Source of the DNA: an uncultured Nitrososphaerota archaeon
GTDB lineage: Archaea; Thermoproteota; Nitrososphaeria; Nitrososphaerales; CADDZS01
Length of the DNA: 64,000 bases
Direction of reading: 5' to 3'
NCBI GenBank assembly: GCA_963799845.1
Contig: CAWCYI010000004.1
Span: 480,001-544,000 of the forward strand
Positions 32,908-43,798 of this stretch are shown here, in pieces. Numbering within the stretch: position 1 is the first letter of the stretch; every line of letters starts with the position of its first letter. A program made the position numbers and the translations under genes. The notes below the pieces were generated by a model that made no database searches, had not been told where the DNA came from, and saw only the letters and a program-made list of their open reading frames with translations.

Positions 32908-33783
32908 TCATTGCGTTGAATTGGCTACACCGACAACGCGGAAGTAAAGATTGCCGTTAAGCAGTGGGTATGATACCCCAGGGATTGAATGAACTTGAGA
33001 AGTGCTGGTGGTGGTTACTTCAGCTGAAGAACTGGATAAGTATGTCGTGTCGTATGTAATGCAGCCAGAACCGCTAACATAGCTTGGTTGTCCATTTCCA
33101 GCCACAACCTGGCCATAGTCTCCGCACTCCTCGGGTTCATAGGCAATGAGCCAGTGATCTAACCCTGGTGAGGAGGAGAAAAAGCCCAGCTCGTAGGTGC
33201 CGCTCGCTCCATGATTGGCAGTTAGGTCATACTCGACGATCAATCCTTCATTTTCGTTCGTAGCTCCTCCTATGGTAATCTGATTTTGGCTAATCATTAT
33301 GGAAAAGTTTGATGATCCGTCAAACGATCTTGGTGTGCCGACGCTGCCGTTGTAAATATACTGCACCGCCTGAATCGATAATGCAGTCGAAAGATTCAGT
33401 GTTAATGGCGCTCCATAGTAGTAGAGTTGCAAGCAGATGACGGCGGGAGAACTAGTATCTGTAACCACATTGCCGAATCCAAAGCTTGGTATTTGGAGAT
33501 CGGAGCATGCTAGCGCGATATTTGTCGTCGAAGAGCTGGTAGTCACATTCGATACAGACGATTGTTGAGTGGTAATGATCAATGAGGTGGAGTTGGCCGT
33601 TGCGGAGCCGTTCCCAGTTAATGCTAAAGTACTGTTGGCACTACTCACAGAGACCGCAGGATTCGTATTATTTTGATTTGAAATCTGCAACACGTTTGTA
33701 GCCATATATGCCCCAAAAGTTGCAATTATCACTAGGATTGCGACTATGGAAACGGTGGCAAGTTGCGACACTGCATGTTGCAT
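32908..33783 (-). CDS. Membrane-anchored S/T-rich surface protein (paralog family A)
   Basis: N-terminal TM, S/T linker, AVICLQLY..VEYDLTA..GASGTYEL. Confidence 0.7.
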   Translation of the reverse strand: MQHAVSQLATVSIVAILVIIATFGAYMATNVLQISNQNNTNPAVSVSSANSTLALTGNGSATANSTSLIITTQQSSVSNVTTSSSTTNIALACSDLQIPSFGFGNVVTDTSSPAVICLQLYYYGAPLTLNLSTALSIQAVQYIYNGSVGTPRSFDGSSNFSIMISQNQITIGGATNENEGLIVEYDLTANHGASGTYELGFFSSSPGLDHWLIAYEPEECGDYGQVVAGNGQPSYVSGSGCITYDTTYLSSSSAEVTTTSTSQVHSIPGVSYPLLNGNLYFRVVGVANSTQ

Positions 33784-33915
33784 TTTTTAGAACGCCCACC
33801 AATGATAGAATCGTTGAGTCTTTTCATCTGCTGCGATTTTCTTACACGAAGGCATGCTATAAGATTCTAGCCATCAGAACACCTTGACCCGTCTACCAGG
33901 GCCTAGAGTTTCTTT

Positions 33916-34116
33916 TCACTCGATAACCGTATGATTAGCTCCCCAACAGCAGCACTCGCTTAACGTGCAATTCGGACATTCCTTCGGGCTTGAACTGTTA
34001 AGGCAATCCAATGGGAAACAACCACAATCGGCACACTTCACTTGAAACGGTAAATCCATATTTGAGTACCCAGAACTTTGCACAATGTAGCGATGTATGA
34101 TGTTTTCTTTTTTCAC
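33916..34116 (-). CDS. Small Cys-rich metal-binding protein
   Basis: CADCGC..DC..CPNC..CCCW; likely start MDLPF. Confidence 0.6.
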   Translation of the reverse strand: MKKENIIHRYIVQSSGYSNMDLPFQVKCADCGCFPLDCLNSSSPKECPNCTLSECCCWGANHTVIE

Positions 34117-34153
34117 TCGTTTATTAGCAACGGGGGGTGGCTAAAAAACACAC

Positions 34154-34618
34154 TTGCATATCATTGGTCCTTGTTCGGATAGAGAAACGAAGAGATTGAT
34201 AGAACATCTCATCACAACTCCTGTAGCAAGAAATTTCTTTCCTAGCTTTGAAAAGCGCTTCTTCATCTCGAATGTACAAATATCCTCCTTGAAAGAACTT
34301 GGACGACTCAGAACGATTTTTGGGGATCTTGGCGGAATAAAGAGTTCATCCAAGGGCGCGGCTCAGAAATTCACTGTTTGACGTGTTTTGCCAGCTTTGA
34401 AAAAACCCGCTTGCACTGATAAGGAAGAACTAGAAACTATTCGGAAATTCATGAATAACTTGGACGAATTTCCATTTCTTGTGACCATTGTCAAGGACCA
34501 GGTAAACTACATGATTGTCGATGGTGACAAGCACGCCGTGGCATTCTATGAACATTCTCGGAAAAAACCAGTCGAGGACGAAATCGATTTCAGGGCATAT
34601 CTCATTTTGCCAAAGTAA
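34154..34618 (+). pseudogene. ParB/Srx-like fragment with in-frame TGA
   Basis: ORFs 34154-34381 and 34388-34618 share a frame; YMIVDGDKHAVA resembles the ParB YxIxDGxHR motif. Confidence 0.4.
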
Positions 34619-34641
34619 GAGTCACAATGATTTCTAATTTC

Positions 34642-34983
34642 TTACTGGCGAAGGTGATCCGTTTTTGGCTGCCATGATGAAATCGTTGCGATGCAATCCC
34701 TTGATTTTGTGAGTCCACCAAGTAACTGTCACTCCTCCCCATTCAGTTAGTATCGAAGGGTGATGTCCTTCCTCTTCTGCAATCTGACCTACCTTGTTCG
34801 TGAATGCAAGAGCTTCTGCGAAGTCCTTGAATTTGAAACACGTTCGAGTCACTTGATGCCGTCTCTTTCGACTATCGACCAACTCGTTACCTGCGGTTGA
34901 AGCCGAGCGATTTCTTCGGAGTTGACGGTCGGTTCGTCCGCACGACACGCTGTGCACTTTATCTGGGAAAGCTCTTGTTCCAT
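34642..34983 (-). pseudogene. phhB: Pterin-4-alpha-carbinolamine dehydratase
   Basis: KCTACR..., in-frame TGA, then [33 protein letters not shown]; two homopolymer frameshifts. Confidence 0.9.
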
Positions 34984-35275
34984 GAAGATGACCCTGCATA
35001 GTAATCATTCGTTCACAATTATTTAGTTATCCTACGAGGAGCCATATATAGAAATTCGGTACGAGGGAACGAGTTGAAGACTCAAAAACTAGTTTTCAGA
35101 GAGGATTATCGCGTGAAGGAAAATATAATGCTAAGATCAAGTGCAATCTTGCCTTCAACTAGCGAGATTTTCATCCAAATATTCTGATAATACCAGACGT
35201 AGCCCAACGTCCGAGTGCGAATCAACTATAGTCGTAAATACTCGATGTCTTCACAAACATGACGAGATAAAAAAA

Positions 35276-35461
35276 TTGGCTTTTGATGATCCTATTGTAT
35301 TCATAATATTGATTGCGTTTCTCTTGATTGTCGTCTATGGAATATTCTATGTTGCAAGACTATTGTACAAAGCAAACAAACTCGCCGATCTCAAATTGAA
35401 AGAAATGCAACAGGATAGAGCAGAGTCTAATCAGCCGAAAAAACAGGAAGAAACTCCTTAG
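35276..35461 (+). CDS. Small single-TM protein
   Basis: TTG start MAFDDPIVF..., hydrophobic helix, charged tail. Confidence 0.55.
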   Translation: MAFDDPIVFIILIAFLLIVVYGIFYVARLLYKANKLADLKLKEMQQDRAESNQPKKQEETP

Positions 35462-35517
35462 CGGCTGAAGAGAAAAAAGTGAAATCGAATACCAAAGACA
35501 GAAAATGAGAGCACTTT

Positions 35518-35892
35518 GTGAATCTTGTCATGTATGAAGATCCGTCGGCCTCACGAAGTGTTTCCCATCAGAGACGAGGGATACAAGATTGCGTCGTCTA
35601 CTCAGCTCTGCATGCACTCTTGGTTTGCTTGGCTGTTGCAGTGGTCTTTTTGCAAAGATATTTTGAACTTCGATTTCTCGCCGTTCACGGTTATGGCGTT
35701 ACGACCAGCGTCTACACTCTTGGGCTCTATTCGGCCTTCATCGTGCTCCTCGATGCTTGGATTGTCAAAGGTACTCTGAATTCAAAACGAACTGAAAAGA
35801 TACTTGCGCTAGTAGTTCCCGCTTTGTTTCTCTTCATGGGCGTCTTTATGATTCTAGGCAGTCTAGACGTTGAATTGCTGCCGTTCCATTGA
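35518..35892 (+). CDS. Three-TM membrane protein
   Basis: Hydrophobic segments; 5' end uncertain. Confidence 0.5.
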   Translation: MNLVMYEDPSASRSVSHQRRGIQDCVVYSALHALLVCLAVAVVFLQRYFELRFLAVHGYGVTTSVYTLGLYSAFIVLLDAWIVKGTLNSKRTEKILALVVPALFLFMGVFMILGSLDVELLPFH

Positions 35893-36024
35893 TACAGGTA
35901 ACAGGAACACCGAATGTAAAACATCTCAAAGTAGATTATTCCATTCTGCCCGAAGCCAAATACAGGAAAGACCGACACTCAAATCGAGTTTATAGTCTAT
36001 AACTGCCAAATTTCTGAACTCCGA

Positions 36025-36451
36025 TTAATCATTGGTAGCGGGTTGCTTCAAGTCAAACTCGTTGCCGTCAGGGTCCACAAATTGACAAAGCCATTCTCCC
36101 CATTCCATCTTCTGGGGGCGACCGAGAAATCGAACGCCATTTTTTCTAAAACGTTCATAGTCAGATTCTATGCCATCAGTCAGAAAGGTGATCCCCGTCG
36201 GGCCCCGTTCTGTTCTATGATCGGATAATTCACAAAGATGGATTCTGGTCATAGGTCTCCCCTGACCTAACTCGATCCAGTGTCCTGGATTTTCAACTGT
36301 TCCCTGCACGCTCGGGTCTGAGTTAGGCATAGGCGACCCGATGTAACTTATGTTGAGACCGAGTTTCTCGGAGTACCACTTTAGCGCTCGCACTTTATCG
36401 GAGACGACGACCGCGACAGAGTCAATTCCTGTGATTGGGATTTCTCAGCAC
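36025..36451 (-). CDS. VOC/glyoxalase family protein
   Basis: IDSVAVVVSD..RALKWY.EKLG, EWGEW...FVDPDGN; start uncertain (possible 5' frameshift). Confidence 0.85.
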
Positions 36452-36558
36452 CCTAAATGGGATAACAGAGTGGGCATGTAATTCTTGTTTTCTAATTCCC
36501 CGTAAGATTAATTCTCGCCAAAGACCGAATGACACCAGGGTTTGTACTACCATTTAAC

Positions 36559-37013
36559 GTGGTTGATATGTTAATGGTCGAACACGCGTCGCTGAGGCTG
36601 CACTCTCAGTTTGCCAAGAAGACAGTTATTGGGGTTCTATCTATGACGTAGAAGAGTTTGTGCGAAAGTCCCATGCCAAGGTTGAAGACGAGTGGTCTTT
36701 CCCCGTCTCAGAAACTTGGCGAGCGATGATGAAGTTCTCAAAGCGATCTCAAGACTTGAAGCAGACCACAAGCTCATCGACAAGATAGATGAACAGATAA
36801 GGGAGCGTACGGTTTCGGGCCACGATCCTGACATATTGCGAAAGAGGATCCTGCTTTATGTCCCACAACTCAAGCGAAGAGTCGCTTATTTTTCCGCACT
36901 GGAAACTGGATGAAGTGAATAAAACTGCTATAGATCAGACGAGAGACATAGTTCGAGAATTTGGTCTCAACCGTTATTATCAGATCACAGGAATCTCGGA
37001 GAAACTGTTCTAA
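36559..37013 (+). pseudogene. Hemerythrin/HHE cation-binding domain protein, degraded
   Basis: LMVEHASLR, SHAKVEDE|VFP, EADHKLI, HNSSEESLIFP spread over several frames. Confidence 0.7.
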
Positions 37014-37117
37014 GAGTCGAGCTCGGATAGAGTGCGATTTCCATTCAGGAGCAAAAGTGGCTGAAAAAATCGGAAGAAAGCAATGACTATGAAGAGTACT
37101 CTTTATCTGGTCGTCGA

Positions 37118-37531
37118 TTGCGTACAAAATCGAAGCCGAACGGCGGGGTTGAACGATCTAGTTCAATAGTTCGACGTGGTTTTACGAGCTCTGATTTTGC
37201 GAAAATGCTAGAAGAAAAAGAATCCAAAGACCTTGTAGAGCGAACATTGGATAATAGCACAGATCAGATTCTTGGAAAATACACCATCTCAACTATTTTC
37301 GAATCTGTTGGTACAGTCCGTGGTCGCTTTTTCGTCGTAAAACTTGATTGTATCAATTATTCTCAAGATCAACCTTCTATGTATGCCATTTGGACCAACA
37401 TCTTTCAAGATGATACTCTGGCCAATCGTCTTGCTACGGGGCGTGATACTTTTACTACCCTTACAGATGCTCTTTCAGCTTTCGAGAAACTGGTTGACAA
37501 GTATCATCTTCAGCTTCAACGCAAGAAGTGA
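37118..37531 (+). CDS. Hypothetical protein
   Basis: 137-aa ORF, start uncertain. Confidence 0.45.
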   Translation: MRTKSKPNGGVERSSSIVRRGFTSSDFAKMLEEKESKDLVERTLDNSTDQILGKYTISTIFESVGTVRGRFFVVKLDCINYSQDQPSMYAIWTNIFQDDTLANRLATGRDTFTTLTDALSAFEKLVDKYHLQLQRKK

Positions 37532-37742
37532 AAATAAATTTGACCGAAGATACAAAAAGAAAACGGCTCGATTATTTCCGTCTAGATGCTTTTTGGTTTT
37601 CAGTTAGTTGGCTGAACAACTAAGAGGATAATCCAATAAGCCACAAAACCGAAGGCTGTAAAAGGCTGTTCTAAAGACTAGAACCTCATAGGATTCGATC
37701 TGACCGTAGTTATAACTCGTTTTACTTCAGTTGAACGGCCAT

Positions 37743-38598
37743 TCATCCAACCGCACCTAAATTACCATTTACACCTGCCATGAAAGTTCCTTCGGTACAG
37801 TTTACTATCCAGAGGAACGACTGATTTGGCAAAACAGGCGATCCCAAATAGAACTCATAGAGACCTGAATCATAAAATCTCTCTGTATAACTTCGCACGA
37901 TAAAGCTGGACGAATCGAAGTTGACAGCTGAAGCAGTGCGACTGATCACGACATTGATAGATTTGCAACCTTGGATAGCTGGAGGATACTGTTGAGATAT
38001 TTCCAAAGAGACTGTTGGAATCATTTTTTGGAACTGGTCCAAACAACGAAATCGAAAATCCAGTATCCGAACTGTGATAGTTGGCAATGTCGATCCCAAA
38101 GCTCGCGGTTCCTCTAGACGTTTTTGTGCTTGCTGTTCCAGGACTAAGAATAGGGTTTCCAATAATCTCTAGATTGGTAACTCCGCCGTAGGTGGGGTAG
38201 GTTAGGGAAGCTCCCTGATAAACGGCTAGAACTCCTGACGATATTGTGAGAAGTGAAAAAAGTACCAGTGCCCCACGCAGCGGCCATTTGCTCGATCCGA
38301 ATCGAGTAAGAAAAAGAACCAGATAGAATGCAGGGAAGAAGAGAATAGCAAAATCTAGGACAACCATCGGAGAGCTATTGATTATTGGCGAGGAGATAGA
38401 GCAACCATTCTCGCCAACTATTTGTGTACAGGACTGACCCGAACTATACGAGAGGTCTTGATAGGAAAAAGGTACTCCAAGAAGGGGAGGCGGGGGAAGG
38501 CTGTAAAGGCCTAAAGCTGGGGTAAGAGTAACAAAGCCCAACAAGCCAAACACTGCAGCTAATGTCGCGCTCCAAAGTAAGCGCTTCTTAATTTGCAA
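37743..38598 (-). pseudogene. Membrane protein with extracellular beta domain, frameshifted at 37930
   Basis: ORFs 37870-38598 and 37743-38162 join by removing one base at AGCTGA 37926-37931. Confidence 0.6.
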
Positions 38599-38878
38599 AA
38601 TGGTTCACTAATCTTATGATCAGAATTATAGACCTTGAACTCGAAGGACTGACTTAATCCTTGAAAGATCTTAGATCTGGTTTCTAAATCGTGGGCGGTC
38701 TGAAAATGAAAGCAAGCATCTTGGGTGTCGCTGAAGCACCCAGGCGCGCAGCTGGGGATAATCATGAATCTTCCGTTGAGACCGATGGCTACAATGAAAG
38801 CCGCTATGTCCATCGTAAAAATGTGAGCGGTTCGAACCTAACTTTCCTTACAATGATAGATGTTTTCAGGTTCTTCAT

Positions 38879-39547
38879 TCAAATTCTCTCCCGATTTGTT
38901 GGTTCCCTATTTCGTTGAGATCCAAGTGGAACGTAAGAGTACGCCGCTCCAACATTACTGAAGGATACAGTACTACCCGCGTAATCAGTTTGTGTACATT
39001 GATACTGGTGGTGCCATCCATACGCAAAGTCACTGTAGTTGATTTGATCGTAACCAACCGAGAGCAACATCAGTGGACAGATACCCGAGATAGAGAGTAC
39101 GTAAAATCCACTAGCGTTGCTTCCAACATTTAGAGCGAAGACTGCGTATGCTTCGGGAGCAGGACCGCTTTGACTTGGGAGAGGTGGCGCAGCAAGGGTG
39201 GCAGGTTGGACGAGTACTTGGATGACGTTAGCTGGAACATTGGACATATTGTTCTGATCAAACACAGATGCGTTCAATGCTGCGTTTACAGATGTAGAGG
39301 AAGAGGAATTGAATTCAACACAGAACTTCGCAACGGTACCTGGGTTGACAGTAAAGGCTGCCAGAGTTTCTAGCTGACTAGTATTCGGGCCTGGTTGAGG
39401 AAGCGATTTCGTTGGACATTGCTGCAAATACTGTGTTCCAGTATCTATGGGAAAGTTGGGGAGTATGACAACAATTAGAAAGTAAAGAATCAGGATCCCA
39501 CCTATAATAGATACGACAATCCATCTTTTTGAGCGCATCAGAACCAC
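38879..39547 (-). CDS. Membrane-anchored surface protein (paralog family A)
   Basis: TM; AKFCVEF..IQVLVQPATL..NASGFYVLSISGICP. Confidence 0.7.
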   Translation of the reverse strand: MVLMRSKRWIVVSIIGGILILYFLIVVILPNFPIDTGTQYLQQCPTKSLPQPGPNTSQLETLAAFTVNPGTVAKFCVEFNSSSSTSVNAALNASVFDQNNMSNVPANVIQVLVQPATLAAPPLPSQSGPAPEAYAVFALNVGSNASGFYVLSISGICPLMLLSVGYDQINYSDFAYGWHHQYQCTQTDYAGSTVSFSNVGAAYSYVPLGSQRNREPTNRERI

Positions 39548-39613
39548 GTTGTCAGGCGTGAGTGAAGCTTGTGAATAAAACTAATTTTCAATCTGCGTTT
39601 CGGAACTGGTACC

Positions 39614-40498
39614 CTACCATAAGAATTCCATTGATAATGTTACGGAATCTTCCTGAGTGGAATTGTTCAAGAAAGCCAGATTGAACCCTCCCAAAGTGTC
39701 CATGGGAAAGTACAACTTATATCCGTGCAGTTGTCCGTTGTACCCCCAATTAGCTCCATCTAGGGTAGAGTTCAAACTCGGCGGAGTTTCTAGGATTATT
39801 TTGTCAAGAAAGATCTTGATCGATGTGTCTTGAGTTGCGTTATAGTCTATTACGAGATATGCCGCCCCAAAACCGTACACACCAAAATTGTAGACAGATT
39901 GTCCTGCAGAGGAGTTGTATGTCGCGGGATTTCCAGCATATTGGCACGGCGGGTACCCATAGCAATTACAAGGGCTCTGTCCGAAACAGAATGGATATCC
40001 TGCCCCTGGCGCAATTTTGAAACTACTCACGTTCAGACTTTCGTTGTAGCCCAAGGAGAGAAAACTCGAAGCACACTGTGCATACTCGCTGACATTCCTG
40101 GCATAGTAATCGCCTTGCGAATTGTAACATGGAGAAGCGTCGGCGCCCAAGTAGGCAGGACTCGATGAATTCGTACTGGTTGTCGTATTTTCTGGAGAAA
40201 CTGTCACTAGTGAAACGATAGTTTGTGTTTTCGTAATCGTAGTTTCACTTTGAGAGCTATTTTGAGAAGTGCTCGTTGTCGTCTGAAAATGAGAATTCGC
40301 GAGAACGACCGTCGTTCCCGCAAGCAAAACAATAACGACTACAAGCGCGGAAGTCACCACGCGTCCAGTTCCAGGAGAAACCATCGTCCAAAAGACCATT
40401 GCAGTTGGCGAAATGTCATCATATAACCCCTTGTCCCATTCTACCTTGGTATGGTAGTTCGCCTTGCAGCATTCTTGAAAATTTGAACCAGTGTTCAC
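39614..40498 (-). CDS. Membrane-anchored Cys/Ser/Thr-rich surface protein
   Basis: TM, T/S linker, several Cys and N-x-S/T sequons; true start likely MVSPG. Confidence 0.65.
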   Translation of the reverse strand: MNTGSNFQECCKANYHTKVEWDKGLYDDISPTAMVFWTMVSPGTGRVVTSALVVVIVLLAGTTVVLANSHFQTTTSTSQNSSQSETTITKTQTIVSLVTVSPENTTTSTNSSSPAYLGADASPCYNSQGDYYARNVSEYAQCASSFLSLGYNESLNVSSFKIAPGAGYPFCFGQSPCNCYGYPPCQYAGNPATYNSSAGQSVYNFGVYGFGAAYLVIDYNATQDTSIKIFLDKIILETPPSLNSTLDGANWGYNGQLHGYKLYFPMDTLGGFNLAFLNNSTQEDSVTLSMEFLW

Positions 40499-40558
40499 CT
40501 GAAAAAATCACGTCACAATGTCGACTGAGCGAAAAGAACGTGGAAAGGAAGCTAATCG

Positions 40559-40840
40559 TTAGGATTTCTCTGAGTTGTCCTCAAAGTCAGGATCTGGAAT
40601 CATGTCAAATGCCCGTTTAGCCAAAATGAAACCGTACGCTAGAAACGGAGCAGATATTATCGCAATTGGAATGCTATACCACCATGGAAGGAAGGCACCT
40701 GGCGGTTCAAACAAAACAGACGCGAAAGTGAAGATAGCCAAAAGAATCAAACCAAAGCCTAGCACGAAATATGGAACCGATTTCTTTCTGGCGTTCCTCC
40801 ACTTGATCCGCCAATCATCTGCATTGTCTGAATCTGACAT
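40559..40840 (-). CDS. Small two-TM protein
   Basis: Hydrophobic hairpin; degenerate paralog at 43799-44432. Confidence 0.7.
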   Translation of the reverse strand: MSDSDNADDWRIKWRNARKKSVPYFVLGFGLILLAIFTFASVLFEPPGAFLPWWYSIPIAIISAPFLAYGFILAKRAFDMIPDPDFEDNSEKS

Positions 40841-40971
40841 ATCGAATCAGTCCTTGATGACTCAATGACAAAACTGGACAAGACTGATATCAAACTTTAG
40901 ATTTTCAGAGTCTCAAGGTCGACACGCTTTCCTCGAAAGTGAACTTTGAAAGCAAACCACATAGTTTGAAA

Positions 40972-41520
40972 TTAGCTGATGAATGTAGCACCCCAGTCAC
41001 CGAGCTGGGCGAGAGTGTCATTAGAGTAATCTCGAAATGATAAAGTGTATAATCTATTTTCCGACTGATAGAACTTTTGAGCTACTGTTTCGTATTCTAA
41101 AATTCCATCGTTCACTAAATGAAATGTGATATAATTCCAGTTTTCTCCAATAATCGTTGTATTTCCGCTTTCAATCAGAGTGGCATTAGGACCTGACATG
41201 AATGGTTGCAAGTCGATCGTATTCGAAGATGTATTGAACCACTGAATTTGGAGTGTGGTTCGATAACCATTCCACCTCCATGTTATCGATCCAAAAGAAG
41301 AGTTAGCGGGCTTGTTCAAAAATCCAATAGTTTGCTTCACGGCTCCAACAGGATATTGTATTGTTATTCCATAACCTTGGAATGTTTCTCTGTCGGAAGG
41401 ATTCACAGTGGGAACGTATTGAGAATCGTAATATTGATAGAAGAGGCAAAGTGGTCCCAAAGAGAGGAGAGCGGCGATCACCACTACAATTATCAAAATT
41501 CTTCGCAGAGTCTTGTCCAA
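40972..41520 (-). CDS. Membrane-anchored PsbP-like fold protein
   Basis: TM, YGITIQYP, RLYTLSF pattern. Confidence 0.55.
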   Translation of the reverse strand: MDKTLRRILIIVVVIAALLSLGPLCLFYQYYDSQYVPTVNPSDRETFQGYGITIQYPVGAVKQTIGFLNKPANSSFGSITWRWNGYRTTLQIQWFNTSSNTIDLQPFMSGPNATLIESGNTTIIGENWNYITFHLVNDGILEYETVAQKFYQSENRLYTLSFRDYSNDTLAQLGDWGATFIS

Positions 41521-41571
41521 ATACTTGGCACCCAGAATTTGTACCGCATCAGACCAAGCCTATTTTCGTAC

Positions 41572-42060
41572 TCAGGAGGAAGTTTCTGACTTTTTCTCTA
41601 ACATTCGGTACAGGTCCTCGCTGTTTGACTTGATAATTCCATCGTTCACATCCCAAGAAAGTTTCTTTCCTTCATCGACAAAAGAGATCTTGAAGTGATT
41701 CGAAAATCGTTTCATTTCAACGCGAACCTTCTCTTTGCCAAGCTGAATCTCGGAATATGGAAAATCCCGCTTTCTCCCAATCAACGATGTAAATACTGTG
41801 ACATGATCTTCGTAAAACTCTACTCTTTTTGATCGCAAGAAGACGCTGAGACAAAGTATTCCTACGATACAAAAGGGAATGACGATAAATAACAAGGTTT
41901 GCTCAAAATTCTCCAAATCTAAATTCGCATTTACATGCGGGCCATTATTTGTCAGAAACAAAGTAGGAAAAATAAGGCCGAATGCAATCCAAAAAATTCC
42001 GAGTACAAGCCAAGTACGTCTTCTATAGCTCACGAAAATTGGATCGGATTTAGCAGACAA
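41572..42060 (-). CDS. Two-TM protein with PH-like C-terminal domain
   Basis: Two TM then RVEFYEDHV...FPYSEI. Confidence 0.6.
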   Translation of the reverse strand: MSAKSDPIFVSYRRRTWLVLGIFWIAFGLIFPTLFLTNNGPHVNANLDLENFEQTLLFIVIPFCIVGILCLSVFLRSKRVEFYEDHVTVFTSLIGRKRDFPYSEIQLGKEKVRVEMKRFSNHFKISFVDEGKKLSWDVNDGIIKSNSEDLYRMLEKKSETSS

Positions 42061-42282
42061 CGTCGAGGAATTAAAGCCTCGATATCATAATAATTTGTTC
42101 ATTGATTCCATCATTGAAAAGTCCAGAAGCAAAAGCCATTCACCTAAGTCGCAAACGAGAAATTCTGATTCAATATTCTCCAATTCAAGAGAAACAACGC
42201 ATGAGAAACTCCCAATTCGACCAAATCGATAAATCGATGTAACCAGCAAATTTCCATACCGAAAGTTCAAGCCAAGTAGATT

Positions 42283-42765
42283 TTGTCTAAGAAAGAATTA
42301 AGAAACTGCCAGAATTGCGGTCATCCGATTCTACAGCCAGTAATCAGTGATTTTTGCACCAACTGTGGCAAACTTACGGAAGTAGGCACTTATGATTCAT
42401 CATACGTTCCAAAACAAAATGAAATCCTTTTCGAAGTCAACACGCTTTTGGGAAAATCATACAAGTTTTTTCCAGACAGATTTGTAATTTCAAAGGGTTC
42501 TAACCAGTTAGAAGAAATCCCTTATTCAATGCTAAAAGATTGCGATGCTCAATTCTTTTCTAATGATGAGGCTTGGGGTGGCGGTGGCTATGGCGGCCCG
42601 AATTACTTCATGCGAATAACGCTAACACTAAAAGAAAATCCTTTGCGTTACGTCGAATTTAGGGGTAATCCAATAAACGGAAAACTTGGATCAGATCTAG
42701 CAACCTGGCTCAATGTCAAGCTTGCCGAGAACGAAGTCAATCAACCGAAAGTTGTCAAGACCTAG
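42283..42765 (+). CDS. Zinc-ribbon + PH-like domain protein
   Basis: CQNCG...FCTNCG; FFPDRFVI...IPYS. Confidence 0.65.
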   Translation: MSKKELRNCQNCGHPILQPVISDFCTNCGKLTEVGTYDSSYVPKQNEILFEVNTLLGKSYKFFPDRFVISKGSNQLEEIPYSMLKDCDAQFFSNDEAWGGGGYGGPNYFMRITLTLKENPLRYVEFRGNPINGKLGSDLATWLNVKLAENEVNQPKVVKT

Positions 42766-42864
42766 AGGGCTGACGATTTTCAAAAGTAAAGAAATTCCAT
42801 TTCAAATTTCCGAAGGATTGAATCTTCGAAAAATTATCATCATTCAATAATATACTCAGCTCAG

Positions 42865-43698
42865 CTACACGGCTCTTCCGCAACTGGGACAGAATTTCGA
42901 ATCCATTTCGAGGGGCGAACCACAAGACGCGCAGAAACGACTTGGAGAACTGCTGGATTGCATTCCTGGTTGCAACGTTGGATATGGAGGTGGAGGAATC
43001 CACTGGTTCGAGTCTCCCGAGGGAGGCGTGACAGACGAAGGTCCGCAGGTGATATACGTGTAAGATATGATTACTGCCACCCAGGCGGCTAAGAATATGT
43101 TTAGGAGTTCGTCTATCACCTGCCCTAGCAAGTACGACACAGCAACTGAAATCAGCAGGTCAAAGACAACGAAAGTGACTGCGTATACGACTCCCACTGC
43201 CAAGAACATCAGAAACGTGCTACCTTTCTTGTCGCGGCCAAAAGCTTTGCTTGCACTCATCCCTTCCGTGGCTCCCCTGTTCTCCAACATTATGGCGGGA
43301 ACAGTATACGCATACCAAGTCGCGAGGATGATTCCTGGGACAATTAGAGCGATAGTGCCCAGAGCCACAAGCAGTCCCACGAGGATGCCTGCACCGAGCA
43401 ATGTCCAGAATCTCTTGAGCGCCCTTCCCATCGCATCAGTAATGGAAAACTGGCCACCATCGACTACGGCTTTGACAATGAAGGGGTAGGTTCCGCTGAC
43501 TATTATTCCAAGCACGAAAGAGACTATGTCTAGGAGTATTGTCAGAGGAGAGAAAAGAGACCCTCTCAGAACCAGAGCGATGAGGAAAGTAGGAATCACT
43601 GCTATCACCTGAGGCACAAGTAGTATAGGATTCTGAATGAGTAGGTGTACTGACCTGTCGAGCACTTCTCCTACCTTGATCGGTTTCCCGACTGTCAT
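42865..43698 (-). CDS. Polytopic membrane protein with C-terminal zinc ribbon
   Basis: IVPGIILA..PAIMLE; FCASCG..FCPSCG. Confidence 0.8.
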   Translation of the reverse strand: MTVGKPIKVGEVLDRSVHLLIQNPILLVPQVIAVIPTFLIALVLRGSLFSPLTILLDIVSFVLGIIVSGTYPFIVKAVVDGGQFSITDAMGRALKRFWTLLGAGILVGLLVALGTIALIVPGIILATWYAYTVPAIMLENRGATEGMSASKAFGRDKKGSTFLMFLAVGVVYAVTFVVFDLLISVAVSYLLGQVIDELLNIFLAAWVAVIISYTYITCGPSSVTPPSGDSNQWIPPPPYPTLQPGMQSSSSPSRFCASCGSPLEMDSKFCPSCGRAV

Positions 43699-43798
43699 AT
43701 TCTGGAATGTGTCGAGGTCATGATTGTATTGTATTTATTCCTGATGCGAATGAAGAATCAAATTCTTCGCGTCCCTGACATTGAGATAATTCTAATCG

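Noticed and set aside
40854-40886. C/D box-like TTGATGA...CTGA
   Set aside because: Too short, no C'/D' boxes, and overlaps the promoter of the 40840 gene
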